Positions 20,388 through 36,274 of a DNA stretch of 64,000 bases are shown here, piece after piece. The translations under genes and the position numbers were made by a program. The notes under the pieces were generated by a model, which was given only the letters and a program-made list of their open reading frames with translations, had not been told where the DNA came from and ran no database searches. Positions within the stretch are counted from its first letter, which is position 1. Each line of letters begins with the position of its first letter. The DNA lies in the sequence record NC_042081.1; one strand, given 5' to 3'.

Positions 20388-20940
20388 GCAGGCCACCTGC
20401 ATATCGATGTGCTTTCTCAGCGTCGAGATCTTCCCTGGATTTATAGATAACGTCTGGGCTCTCAATTAGGGCCTCCTTATGCGCGCGATTAGTTCGTTTA
20501 ACAAGATCAATATAATCAAGCATTTCTTCTAGTTCATCTAACTCTTGACCATATTTTTCAGCTAGCTGTTTAATTGCACGTGCAAGGATATTAATTTGCT
20601 CAGTCACTGGATAGCGTTCAGTAATTTTGTAGGCCACTTTACTATTTAAGTGATCTTCAGTAATTACTTGTGGCGCTTCTTCTTTAGGAACAATCTTCCA
20701 ATCAGAAAGTGTAGGTTGTTTACCAGGTGTATTACTTACGACTACATCATAAGTCCCCATTTCGGCTTCAACAAAAATGGTGTGCTCACGTGACTTAGCA
20801 TCGAATGCATCTAAAGGTAGATAGCCTACGCTTTGTAGGAATACCTCAGAAGTACGGTTAAACATTAATAGTACTTTTACTTTATCTTCAGTAGGCGCAG
20901 TAGCTAAAGATAGTTCTTGGAGTGATAACGGATTATTCAT
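20338..20940 (-). CDS. Tail-tip associated protein, possible fibre chaperone (gp136 position)
   Basis: Start MNNPL coupled by TAATG to the gp135 stop; helical C-terminal half. Confidence 0.6.
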   Translation of the reverse strand: MNNPLSLQELSLATAPTEDKVKVLLMFNRTSEVFLQSVGYLPLDAFDAKSREHTIFVEAEMGTYDVVVSNTPGKQPTLSDWKIVPKEEAPQVITEDHLNSKVAYKITERYPVTEQINILARAIKQLAEKYGQELDELEEMLDYIDLVKRTNRAHKEALIESPDVIYKSREDLDAEKAHRYAGGLHELIGPRKIDQGRVFS

Positions 20941-22331
20941 TATACAAGTGCTCCAGCTCGAATCATCCAACGCCATGTACCATTATTTCTAACTGCTACA
21001 TATTGCTGGTAATAATAGGCTTCAAAGGGGGTATTAGTTCTAACACCTACAACAGCGTAAGTGCCTTCAGGATATTTGGTATTATCTGTAAACATCGTAT
21101 TTAACGTGTTTAATGCTTCTGCTTCACTATTTACCTGACCTAAGGTAATGGCTTTAATCTTATCTTTGTTCCACTCTTTAAAAGCTTCAACCCAGTCTTG
21201 CCAAGTACCATCGCTTGCTAGATAATATCTCTCAGGGTCATTTAATATTGATGCATTACCTTTACCTAATGCATTCCATTTAAATACGCCACTAGTTACT
21301 TCTTCAGCTGGAATATCTTTTCGAACATCATTCCAGAAATTCTGATATACCTTACCTGTTCCAGTAACTGGATAACCCTGACTATTAGTAGTAGCACCAA
21401 TAGTGGTCGCATTAGCAGCTTGTTCATTAATACCTAATAATGGAGTTATTTTAGAATCCATCACTGGTTTGGTATATGATCCAACTTGGTCAGCTGTGAC
21501 AGCATGTGGGTTATTAAAGTTTTTAATATGTGCTGCAAGTTTAGCCAACGTATCAATATTAAGAATACGATAAATACCACCAATTGGCATGTATTTATTA
21601 TTTACGTTTCTATTAACTGACTCAGCTTCAGTAGCAAAACCCCAGTTGGATATCTTATCAAGCGGTGGAATTAACTTGAATCGATCATCAGCATGCGGAT
21701 TATTATAATCAGTTAAGTGTGCTGTAACTCGATCTCTATAATCGTCCACAGCGGTTTTTGCATCAGTGAGATAAACTTTATAATAATCATCGGCAGCATT
21801 ATCCATGGCACTTCTACCGACCCGATAAGCATGTGCTATTCGGTTTAATTCAGTTACCATTGTATCTGTGCCATAAATCTGCCAATATTCATGGCCGTGA
21901 GGTGCAGGCGGATATGCATCGGGTTTACCAATAATATCATCCCAAGTGAAACTTAATTCATCTAATTCAAGTTTATCAAAAACAGCTTTAAGTTCTAATG
22001 CTGAAATACTAAAGAAACCACCAACTGCTCTATATGTAACTTGGACATTAGGACTAACATTAGGATCAGTTACTACAACAATACCCATTACTTCTAAGCC
22101 AGTCATTTCAGATAACTGTGAATAAAGATAGGTTGTTTTATATTGATCTTTGTTTAAAGATAAACCAGTCTTCTTATCACGTAGATTAAAGTCCTTAGTA
22201 TAAAAACCACCATGTGTACACATAAGTACGCGATGTGTTTTATTATTGACTTGAATAAGTGTGTGATCCTCATCTACAATGTAATTAGATGCTAATTTAG
22301 CTTTTAGATCTAATGGTAAAAAAGTAATCAT
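20940..22331 (-). CDS. Tail-tip/fibre protein (gp135-like)
   Basis: Shared gp131-family N-terminal domain, H-x-x-D-x-x-NPH repeats. Confidence 0.8.
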   Translation of the reverse strand: MITFLPLDLKAKLASNYIVDEDHTLIQVNNKTHRVLMCTHGGFYTKDFNLRDKKTGLSLNKDQYKTTYLYSQLSEMTGLEVMGIVVVTDPNVSPNVQVTYRAVGGFFSISALELKAVFDKLELDELSFTWDDIIGKPDAYPPAPHGHEYWQIYGTDTMVTELNRIAHAYRVGRSAMDNAADDYYKVYLTDAKTAVDDYRDRVTAHLTDYNNPHADDRFKLIPPLDKISNWGFATEAESVNRNVNNKYMPIGGIYRILNIDTLAKLAAHIKNFNNPHAVTADQVGSYTKPVMDSKITPLLGINEQAANATTIGATTNSQGYPVTGTGKVYQNFWNDVRKDIPAEEVTSGVFKWNALGKGNASILNDPERYYLASDGTWQDWVEAFKEWNKDKIKAITLGQVNSEAEALNTLNTMFTDNTKYPEGTYAVVGVRTNTPFEAYYYQQYVAVRNNGTWRWMIRAGALV

Positions 22332-23704
22332 TATGCCGGTTCCCCTATATTAGTCCACGTTGATCCAACTTTACGTAGGAATAGAGTATTCCTATAGGAA
22401 GTAGCTGTTGTACCATTGCCATGTCCAATAACGAATTCTTGTTCGTAATGGCAAATAGCTAACGAACCAGGCCACCATTGTTCAGGATCTGAGAAGTATG
22501 TGTTATGGAAAGCAATTGCTTCTTGAATAGACTTAAAGTTGGTGTTATTCCAGTGGACCATCGTTCCTGTTTTTTGGAAGCGATTAAATATAAAACCGAA
22601 ATGAGTCCATTGACCATTAGGCATCAATGTCCAATCACGGCCTGGCCAGGTAGCTGAATTACCAATCCTACCAGGTGCTAGTCGACCAGTCGTCAATACA
22701 CTTAAAGGCATTTTAGCACGTACTGTTTCACCCATGCTATAAACATCTTGACCAAATAAAAGTTTAGACGTATTGGCTGTTTTACCTTTATCTAATTTTT
22801 GATTTAGTAAAATATTAGCTTGAGTAACAGTATACGTATTTAATTGTTCAGCCGTTACCCTGTGTGGGTTAGTGGTGACATCATTAACGTGTGCCAGATA
22901 TTGAACTGTATAATTGGTATCAACTGATAACTTCATTGACCATGGCGTAGCATAGACATTCATGATAGCGCCATTTGGCTGTTTGGCTTGTGTTTCAGTT
23001 GCAATGCCAGCATTATAAACATTACCTAATGCCACTTGCCCTTTACGTGTCTGGTGTGGGTTAGTGGTGGTATCATTGATGTGTGTAGTAAGTCGTGCTT
23101 CAATTGTATTAAGATCAGCTTCTATTAGACTTAACTGATATTTAAACTCATCTAAAATGGAGTCATATGAGTCTGATGAGCTTTTCTTTAATAAGTCAGT
23201 TATTTCTTTTAACTTAACAACTCTAGGCGTAAAACCATAAAGTTCCCAATAGGCATGCATATGTCCATTAGGTTTAAATTGGTCAGGAATATCTAAAATA
23301 TTAGACCAATGTGGTTTACGGGTATTATTTAAAAGAGCGTTAGCATGCTCAGATATGGAAGGGGCAAGGTTACAGTATATACCACCGCACATCTGAGCAT
23401 CAATGTAAATATCCTCGTGGACATCTTGTTTTGTAATAACAATTACTGAACACGCTTCAAGTCCAGTCTTCTCGATTACTTCTGGATTAATACCAGTACA
23501 CTGATAATCCATTTCTGGATTTAACTCATTCTGCCTACCATCTCTGATAACCATTCCTTTAGTGTAAAAGTAACCCTTATCCATCACGATGATGCGATAG
23601 GGGAATCCTTTCTGTTTTGCTAGTGAATGGTATTCACCCTTTGTTCGGTTACTATAACTCTCTCCAGTTTCATCAAATGGAAGAGGTAAAAGTAATGGAT
23701 TCAT
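22331..23704 (-). CDS. Tail-tip/fibre protein (gp134-like)
   Basis: LPFDETG start, NPH repeats. Confidence 0.8.
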   Translation of the reverse strand: MNPLLLPLPFDETGESYSNRTKGEYHSLAKQKGFPYRIIVMDKGYFYTKGMVIRDGRQNELNPEMDYQCTGINPEVIEKTGLEACSVIVITKQDVHEDIYIDAQMCGGIYCNLAPSISEHANALLNNTRKPHWSNILDIPDQFKPNGHMHAYWELYGFTPRVVKLKEITDLLKKSSSDSYDSILDEFKYQLSLIEADLNTIEARLTTHINDTTTNPHQTRKGQVALGNVYNAGIATETQAKQPNGAIMNVYATPWSMKLSVDTNYTVQYLAHVNDVTTNPHRVTAEQLNTYTVTQANILLNQKLDKGKTANTSKLLFGQDVYSMGETVRAKMPLSVLTTGRLAPGRIGNSATWPGRDWTLMPNGQWTHFGFIFNRFQKTGTMVHWNNTNFKSIQEAIAFHNTYFSDPEQWWPGSLAICHYEQEFVIGHGNGTTATSYRNTLFLRKVGSTWTNIGEPA

Positions 23705-23715
23705 CTAAACTATCC

Positions 23716-25104
23716 TTATGGAATTACCCAGCCACCTTGTGAACGGAAACACACGTAGTTAGGAGTATAATCAACGAAAATCAATCCGTTACCAGCTGCC
23801 TGGATTTTCTGTTCTTTAATAGTGAAGAATACAGTAGATCCAATAGGCCATGCATCTGGATTAGTGAAGTTAGTTCTACAGAAATCTAATGCTGCTTGCA
23901 CGGATGGTTGTAATCCTAGTGCATAAAACTTTAACTTAACCGGATATGAATACTCTGTGGCTAATTGATCAAAGTGTGTAAAAATACCATTCCCACGGAG
24001 TGGTGCTTTCCATTGTCCCATTGCCCCGGAACCAATCCGATTTATATTGATGACATTACTCTGGCCATCGCCAGCTGTAAAGTTCACGTCTGTGTCAAAG
24101 TTCTTACGCATCCACCAAATAAGATCGCTATAACCCATTAAAGTAGCAGTTGGTTGCCCTTTAGGTTTATAATAAACCATATTAGTATTAGCTACTGTAT
24201 CAGTCTTTAAATATTTACCAGTAATTCGTGAATCAAAATCACTTTTCAAATACGACTGTACATGCGTATTTTTGACTTTATGTGGATTATCACGGCGAGC
24301 TATGTGGGCATTAAGTGGTTTTATAGCTATTTCATCTAATACGCCATATGCTAACTGCGGTGTTAGATAATGTGCATTAGATTGACCTAGTTGAGCAATG
24401 GCTGGAGTAGCCAATGGAAAGTTATTAACTAAACCTAGTTCAACATTAGTTGGGGTAATCTTGTGTGGATTAGCTTTATCTTGAATATGTTTTTCTAGGC
24501 GATCATTAAATTTCTTTAAGAACTCATCATAAATCTCTTTAACTTTACTACGGTATTCATCTTCACCGCTTGTATCACCAGCCATGAGTGCCTGTGTTAT
24601 CCACTCCATCTCGTTATTATAAGGCTGATACGTATCAAGATGCCATCGTTCGCCAACTAACTCACCGTCTTTCCAATATGGTTCGTTACCAGTGTAGTCA
24701 AGATCCTTTGGCTTTGGCTTACCATTTGTTTTCCACCAGTTAATATAATCATCAATAACTGTGAAACTAAAAGCTAGGTCACCACCAACCATGTGGGCTG
24801 AAGTATACACTATTGGTGTACTAGGTGTTTTTAAGAAAACAATTGCTGAGCATATTTCTTGACCAACATATGCACTTGCATCTTTGTGATAATAAGTAAC
24901 AATATAATCAATATCTTTAACTAAACGATTATATTTACCATCATAAACTTCTAACCCTTTTGTATAGAATCCACCATGATATAACTTGATGATTCTATAG
25001 TCGAACCCCTGATACTGAACTAGAGTATGTGGCTCACTACCAATGAAACAATCTGGATTTGTACCTAATGGATCAAATGGTAATTGTAAAATAGGATTAT
25101 ACAT
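23716..25104 (-). CDS. Tail-tip/fibre protein (gp133-like)
   Basis: LPFDPLGTNP start, NPHKIT repeats. Confidence 0.8.
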   Translation of the reverse strand: MYNPILQLPFDPLGTNPDCFIGSEPHTLVQYQGFDYRIIKLYHGGFYTKGLEVYDGKYNRLVKDIDYIVTYYHKDASAYVGQEICSAIVFLKTPSTPIVYTSAHMVGGDLAFSFTVIDDYINWWKTNGKPKPKDLDYTGNEPYWKDGELVGERWHLDTYQPYNNEMEWITQALMAGDTSGEDEYRSKVKEIYDEFLKKFNDRLEKHIQDKANPHKITPTNVELGLVNNFPLATPAIAQLGQSNAHYLTPQLAYGVLDEIAIKPLNAHIARRDNPHKVKNTHVQSYLKSDFDSRITGKYLKTDTVANTNMVYYKPKGQPTATLMGYSDLIWWMRKNFDTDVNFTAGDGQSNVININRIGSGAMGQWKAPLRGNGIFTHFDQLATEYSYPVKLKFYALGLQPSVQAALDFCRTNFTNPDAWPIGSTVFFTIKEQKIQAAGNGLIFVDYTPNYVCFRSQGGWVIP

Positions 25105-25133
25105 AAGAAATACCTTTTAACTGAAACAGCAAA

Positions 25134-25162
25134 AAGAGACACAGCTTTTGGCTGTGTCTCTT
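25134..25162 (-). terminator. Hairpin between gp132 and gp133
   Basis: aagagacacagc-ttttg-gctgtgtctctt. Confidence 0.7.
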
Positions 25163-25178
25163 ATGCCGGGTCAGATGT

Positions 25179-25511
25179 TTATAGACGGTCTGCTGCGTCA
25201 TTAAATAATTTCGCAAGTGGACCGTATATGTGCACTCGATTATAATCATCTGTCCGTTTAGGAGTCATGTACGTAGTGTTATTGAAACCTTCTTGTGCAC
25301 GCTTCTTAGTAGCTGGACGATAGTTAGCCACATTACCAAGACCAATATCTGATGGTTGCAGATTATGTGGGTTACCTCTAGCTGCAATATGCCCATTGAT
25401 CCTATTAATAACGGCTATGAATTTATTAAGGACTGCCTTAGTAAATAAGCCTTGGTTACTAATAGAAGCATTTATTTGGGCATCCATCTCTTGACGTGTA
25501 ACTTCTGCCAT
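25179..25511 (-). CDS. Short tail-tip protein (gp132-like)
   Basis: Single HIAARGNPHNLQPSDIGLGNV repeat. Confidence 0.8.
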   Translation of the reverse strand: MAEVTRQEMDAQINASISNQGLFTKAVLNKFIAVINRINGHIAARGNPHNLQPSDIGLGNVANYRPATKKRAQEGFNNTTYMTPKRTDDYNRVHIYGPLAKLFNDAADRL

Positions 25512-25523
25512 TTTTAAATCCTC

Positions 25524-27839
25524 TTATGGACCAGTGGGTGGAGTTGGTTCAATATGTTTCACACGTGTACCCCTGCCATTCCATAATAAGGAGTTATCAG
25601 GTGAATCTCCCCAAAACATGACTTGATTCAAAGTATTTACCGTCACAGTGAAATTATGCCCAGCTGCCAATTGAATATATGGTCCAGCATGATCATCTAC
25701 GTCACATTGCCCTTCATCGTTATTTCCAAAGAAAGCGATTTGGCCATTACCATACATCACAGTGTAATGTGTATACAATCCTGATACACCACCAATTGGG
25801 TTACTATATACATTAGCAGTTACATCGTTACCACGTCCATCGAACCATAATGGCGTGATAACCGTAAAGGATGTATCATTACCATTGCGGATGATTTCCA
25901 TGACATGTACTTTACTAGATTCAGATGTGTAATCGTCAGGAGCAACTAATGGGTCTATTGAATGCATGATGATGTGGGTGCAACCAATTGACATTGAATC
26001 AATAACATGATTCAATGGTTTAATTGTGTTGTTGACAAAATCATTAAAAGCACTAACGAAGCTTGGGATACCATAAGCTGTATATACATAATCAGCGCTG
26101 CTATCTGGACCTATGTTTACAACAACTGTCATTTCACCAGGGTAGGTATCTTCAGTATTGGTAAATAGAGCCCATGGTTTATTAGCAGCAGGTACTAATA
26201 GTTCAGATGTACCACCTTTAACACAACGATAAAGATCTTGGTGCTCAAAGATAGCTGATTCGCCTGTTGAACTAAAGATGAACTTACCTGTTAACATATA
26301 CAGAGATGTTTTATTCGCCCAGATACTCGAAGGAATATTCCCATCTATAGGTGCAGTCCATTCTACTGGAATTGGTATCATCTCATCGACTTTAGTTTCA
26401 TCGATACATGCTGACTTGACTACACCATTTTCTACCCAATACTGACCATATCGGTGAGACACCCAAGATTCCTGAGCATATCCTAAACGCTCTGGTATAA
26501 CAGCATAAGGGTTAGCTGGCGATTTAGGATGGACTACACAGTCATCTCTGACAATTGTACAATCCCACCAACTATTAAATCCAGCATAAGCATGGAAACC
26601 TGCCATGACACCTTGAATTAATTCCATCCGGTCATATTCACTAGTATCATCCACAATAACTGGTAATGTATCTATCTTTAATTGTACATCATCCCAGTTA
26701 GCGTTATATCCAGCTGCCATCCTTTCAATATCACCGAATGATGGGAATTCATCTTTCCATTGCTCAGGTGTTAATCCACCAAAGGTAGAAGCATCACCAC
26801 CACCTAGTCCTGCCAGTAGTTGATCAACTTGTGTTTTAGTATATGCATTAACCTGGTCGGCAGTTACAACGTGTGGGTTATTTTCATTACTAATATGTTG
26901 ATTAAGTTTCTCTTCTAGTTCATTAATTCTAGAAGCATCACCAATCTGACTATAGAGAATAGATGCAGTATAAGGTGTTAATAATACCGAATCATTAGTT
27001 ACATCTACCGCGGTAGTTGGTGTTGCAGCTGGATAGTTAGGAACATTACCTAAATTAATATCAGTAGCTGTTAGACCGTGTACGTTACCCCTAGCCGCTA
27101 TGTGGTCATTAAGCGGATTTACGGCAAACTTATTAACTAATGCTAATGTACCACGTGGGTTCGTAAATAGGTCATTACGATTAGCATCTAAATGCTGTTG
27201 ATCACTTGCCATTGCATAGTTTGGAACTAGTGACAAGCCAACTTGTGCTTTAGTTACCCTGTGTGGGTTATTATAATCATGAATATGTTGGTCAGTTGTA
27301 CCGGCAGCCGCAGCACGGATAGCTTCTATAATCCCTTCGATACCTTCAAGAATCTCTTTACTACCTACTAATGAATCAATAGGTTGATTGTGTTCTAAAG
27401 GTGGGAAAGAAGCAGGTAATGGACCAATTGCACCCCATGACCGAATCAAGGGGTTATACTGTTTGCGTGCAAGCTCAGCCAGGATCTGCTGATTACTAAA
27501 TCCCCATTGCCCACCTATTGTACGATAATCCATACCAATCATAGCGTTTATCGAACGCTTCATGATACGTATAGATCCAGCGATAGGTCTACCTATCGAT
27601 TCCATAGCTTCAATAAACCAATGTCCAATAAGGTAATCAACACCTTCTACATAAGTCTGATTGGTCAGTGGGTTAAATAAACGTAATGAATCTACAAAGA
27701 AAGGTGCAGCAAATGGTATAATGAAATAATAATCATCACCATCTGGTACCTGGAGAGTTTGGCGCTCACCTTTAATAAAGTTCTGGGGATTTGTTCCATT
27801 GGGGTCGAATGGATATAACCCAGTTTCACCGTGGGCCAT
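25524..27839 (-). CDS. gp131: Tail-tip/baseplate periphery protein with C-terminal beta-propeller
   Basis: 771 aa; YPFDPNGTNP start, NPH repeats, RCC1-like C-terminal blades (QLAAGHNFTV). Confidence 0.85.
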   Translation of the reverse strand: MAHGETGLYPFDPNGTNPQNFIKGERQTLQVPDGDDYYFIIPFAAPFFVDSLRLFNPLTNQTYVEGVDYLIGHWFIEAMESIGRPIAGSIRIMKRSINAMIGMDYRTIGGQWGFSNQQILAELARKQYNPLIRSWGAIGPLPASFPPLEHNQPIDSLVGSKEILEGIEGIIEAIRAAAAGTTDQHIHDYNNPHRVTKAQVGLSLVPNYAMASDQQHLDANRNDLFTNPRGTLALVNKFAVNPLNDHIAARGNVHGLTATDINLGNVPNYPAATPTTAVDVTNDSVLLTPYTASILYSQIGDASRINELEEKLNQHISNENNPHVVTADQVNAYTKTQVDQLLAGLGGGDASTFGGLTPEQWKDEFPSFGDIERMAAGYNANWDDVQLKIDTLPVIVDDTSEYDRMELIQGVMAGFHAYAGFNSWWDCTIVRDDCVVHPKSPANPYAVIPERLGYAQESWVSHRYGQYWVENGVVKSACIDETKVDEMIPIPVEWTAPIDGNIPSSIWANKTSLYMLTGKFIFSSTGESAIFEHQDLYRCVKGGTSELLVPAANKPWALFTNTEDTYPGEMTVVVNIGPDSSADYVYTAYGIPSFVSAFNDFVNNTIKPLNHVIDSMSIGCTHIIMHSIDPLVAPDDYTSESSKVHVMEIIRNGNDTSFTVITPLWFDGRGNDVTANVYSNPIGGVSGLYTHYTVMYGNGQIAFFGNNDEGQCDVDDHAGPYIQLAAGHNFTVTVNTLNQVMFWGDSPDNSLLWNGRGTRVKHIEPTPPTGP

Positions 27840-27936
27840 GGTTGCCCTCCTTTAATAAAACGCTATTGCGCAATTTGTTAGCGTAATGATGTGAAATTCA
27901 CATAGGATTGTCCAATCATTCCATGGAGACTAATAG

Positions 27937-29220
<1,284 letters not shown>

Positions 29221-29223
29221 CGT

Positions 29224-29256
29224 CATAATGCCCTCCCATTACGGGAGGGCATTATG
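29224..29256. terminator. Bidirectional terminator
   Basis: Perfect 14-bp stem cataatgccctccc-attac-gggagggcattatg between convergent genes. Confidence 0.9.
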
Positions 29257-29270
29257 TTGTTTAGAAATTA

Positions 29271-31961
<2,691 letters not shown>

Positions 31962-31981
31962 CTAAATTTTAAAGTGAGTAA

Positions 31982-34162
<2,181 letters not shown>

Positions 34163-34169
34163 GGAGAGA

Positions 34170-35045
<876 letters not shown>

Positions 35046-35053
35046 GGTGTGTA

Positions 35054-35497
35054 ATGGCTGATACAAGAGCTGAATTAGTAGCTGCTTGGAATGTGGCTAA
35101 TAAACCTAAAGATAATAATGGTAAGCCTAGGGATTTAACTGTTGATGATGTTGAATTTATAGGGACTGATACATTCTTAGCAACTGGTACAAATGCCAAA
35201 ACAACAATGAGAGCGAAGACCAGTTCACTTTATTTTAAAGGTGAGACAGTTATTTACTTTAATAGACGCTCTTTACCAGAGTACTGTCTTGGTATAAAAG
35301 TACCGGGTAAACCAACTGACTATACTGATAATTTAGAAGTAGCTGAAAAATTAAGAGATGTTTACGGTATTCCATTTATTATAGATGAGATACAACCGCA
35401 ACCTATTACTGGGAATACGGTTACGATACATCCATACTTTAATAACTTGTCGTGGATACCAACAATACCAGTAACTCTTGAATTTGAAAGTAGTTAA
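35054..35497 (+). CDS. Virion structural protein (gp126 position)
   Basis: GAGG RBS; single gp127/gp143-like domain. Confidence 0.7.
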   Translation: MADTRAELVAAWNVANKPKDNNGKPRDLTVDDVEFIGTDTFLATGTNAKTTMRAKTSSLYFKGETVIYFNRRSLPEYCLGIKVPGKPTDYTDNLEVAEKLRDVYGIPFIIDEIQPQPITGNTVTIHPYFNNLSWIPTIPVTLEFESS

Positions 35498-35519
35498 ATA
35501 AAAAAAAATAAAGACATAG

Positions 35520-35541
35520 CCCCTCTCCATGCGGAGAGGGG
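35520..35541. terminator. Bidirectional terminator
   Basis: cccctctcc-atgc-ggagagggg flanked by cata and tttatg. Confidence 0.85.
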
Positions 35542-35561
35542 TTTATGCCATTACTTAATTA

Positions 35562-36194
35562 TTACCATTCAACCTTAAATTCACCGCATTTAAATGACAG
35601 TTTATTAGATCGATGATCTCGTCCAAACCAACATCCTTCCTTGGTAACTGCATCTGCGATTTGTGGTTTAACCATATTGTTTTTGTATGATTCACGAAGT
35701 GCAGTATATAGGGCTTTATGACATGTTTCGAAGAATACCTTATTAATAGGATTCTTATCATTAACTCGTGCTAGTGAATGTTTATCAAGAAGAGTGTGCA
35801 TTCCAATTGAATACTTCTGGATAGTTTCTAGATCTTTCTTAAGCGCCCAGATACCATAAGTTACTTTTAGAGAAGTATTAGCTTTGGTTGATGGAATAAA
35901 TGCTGATGGGTCATCAATCATTGGTGCTAATTGCTCAGTGGAATATGGATTATAAGAAAGATATTGTTGGCCATCCCAAATATACATATCCATTGTATCT
36001 TGAACGACATATAGAACTAGAACTTTACCATTTGCCGGTAGATCACATTTTGTATTTACTTCTACAGTGTCATTAAAATATGGTTTATAGTTACTATAAC
36101 TATTCATCAATACCACATCATCGAATAGTCCTGCCATATTCACCGTATTTTTGTTTAGTAATTCTTTAAAGAATTTATTCATTTTAGCTAGCAT
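35562..36194 (-). CDS. Hypothetical protein (gp125 position)
   Basis: GGAG RBS, 210 aa. Confidence 0.8.
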   Translation of the reverse strand: MLAKMNKFFKELLNKNTVNMAGLFDDVVLMNSYSNYKPYFNDTVEVNTKCDLPANGKVLVLYVVQDTMDMYIWDGQQYLSYNPYSTEQLAPMIDDPSAFIPSTKANTSLKVTYGIWALKKDLETIQKYSIGMHTLLDKHSLARVNDKNPINKVFFETCHKALYTALRESYKNNMVKPQIADAVTKEGCWFGRDHRSNKLSFKCGEFKVEW

Positions 36195-36247
36195 TGTATT
36201 ACTCCTTTTTTACAATATTTGATTAAACTATACATTACTCATAAATA

Positions 36248-36267
36248 AGCCCCTCCGAAGAGGGGCT
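36248..36267 (-). terminator. Terminator
   Basis: agcccctc-cgaa-gaggggct. Confidence 0.8.
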
Positions 36268-36274
36268 TTCATGC

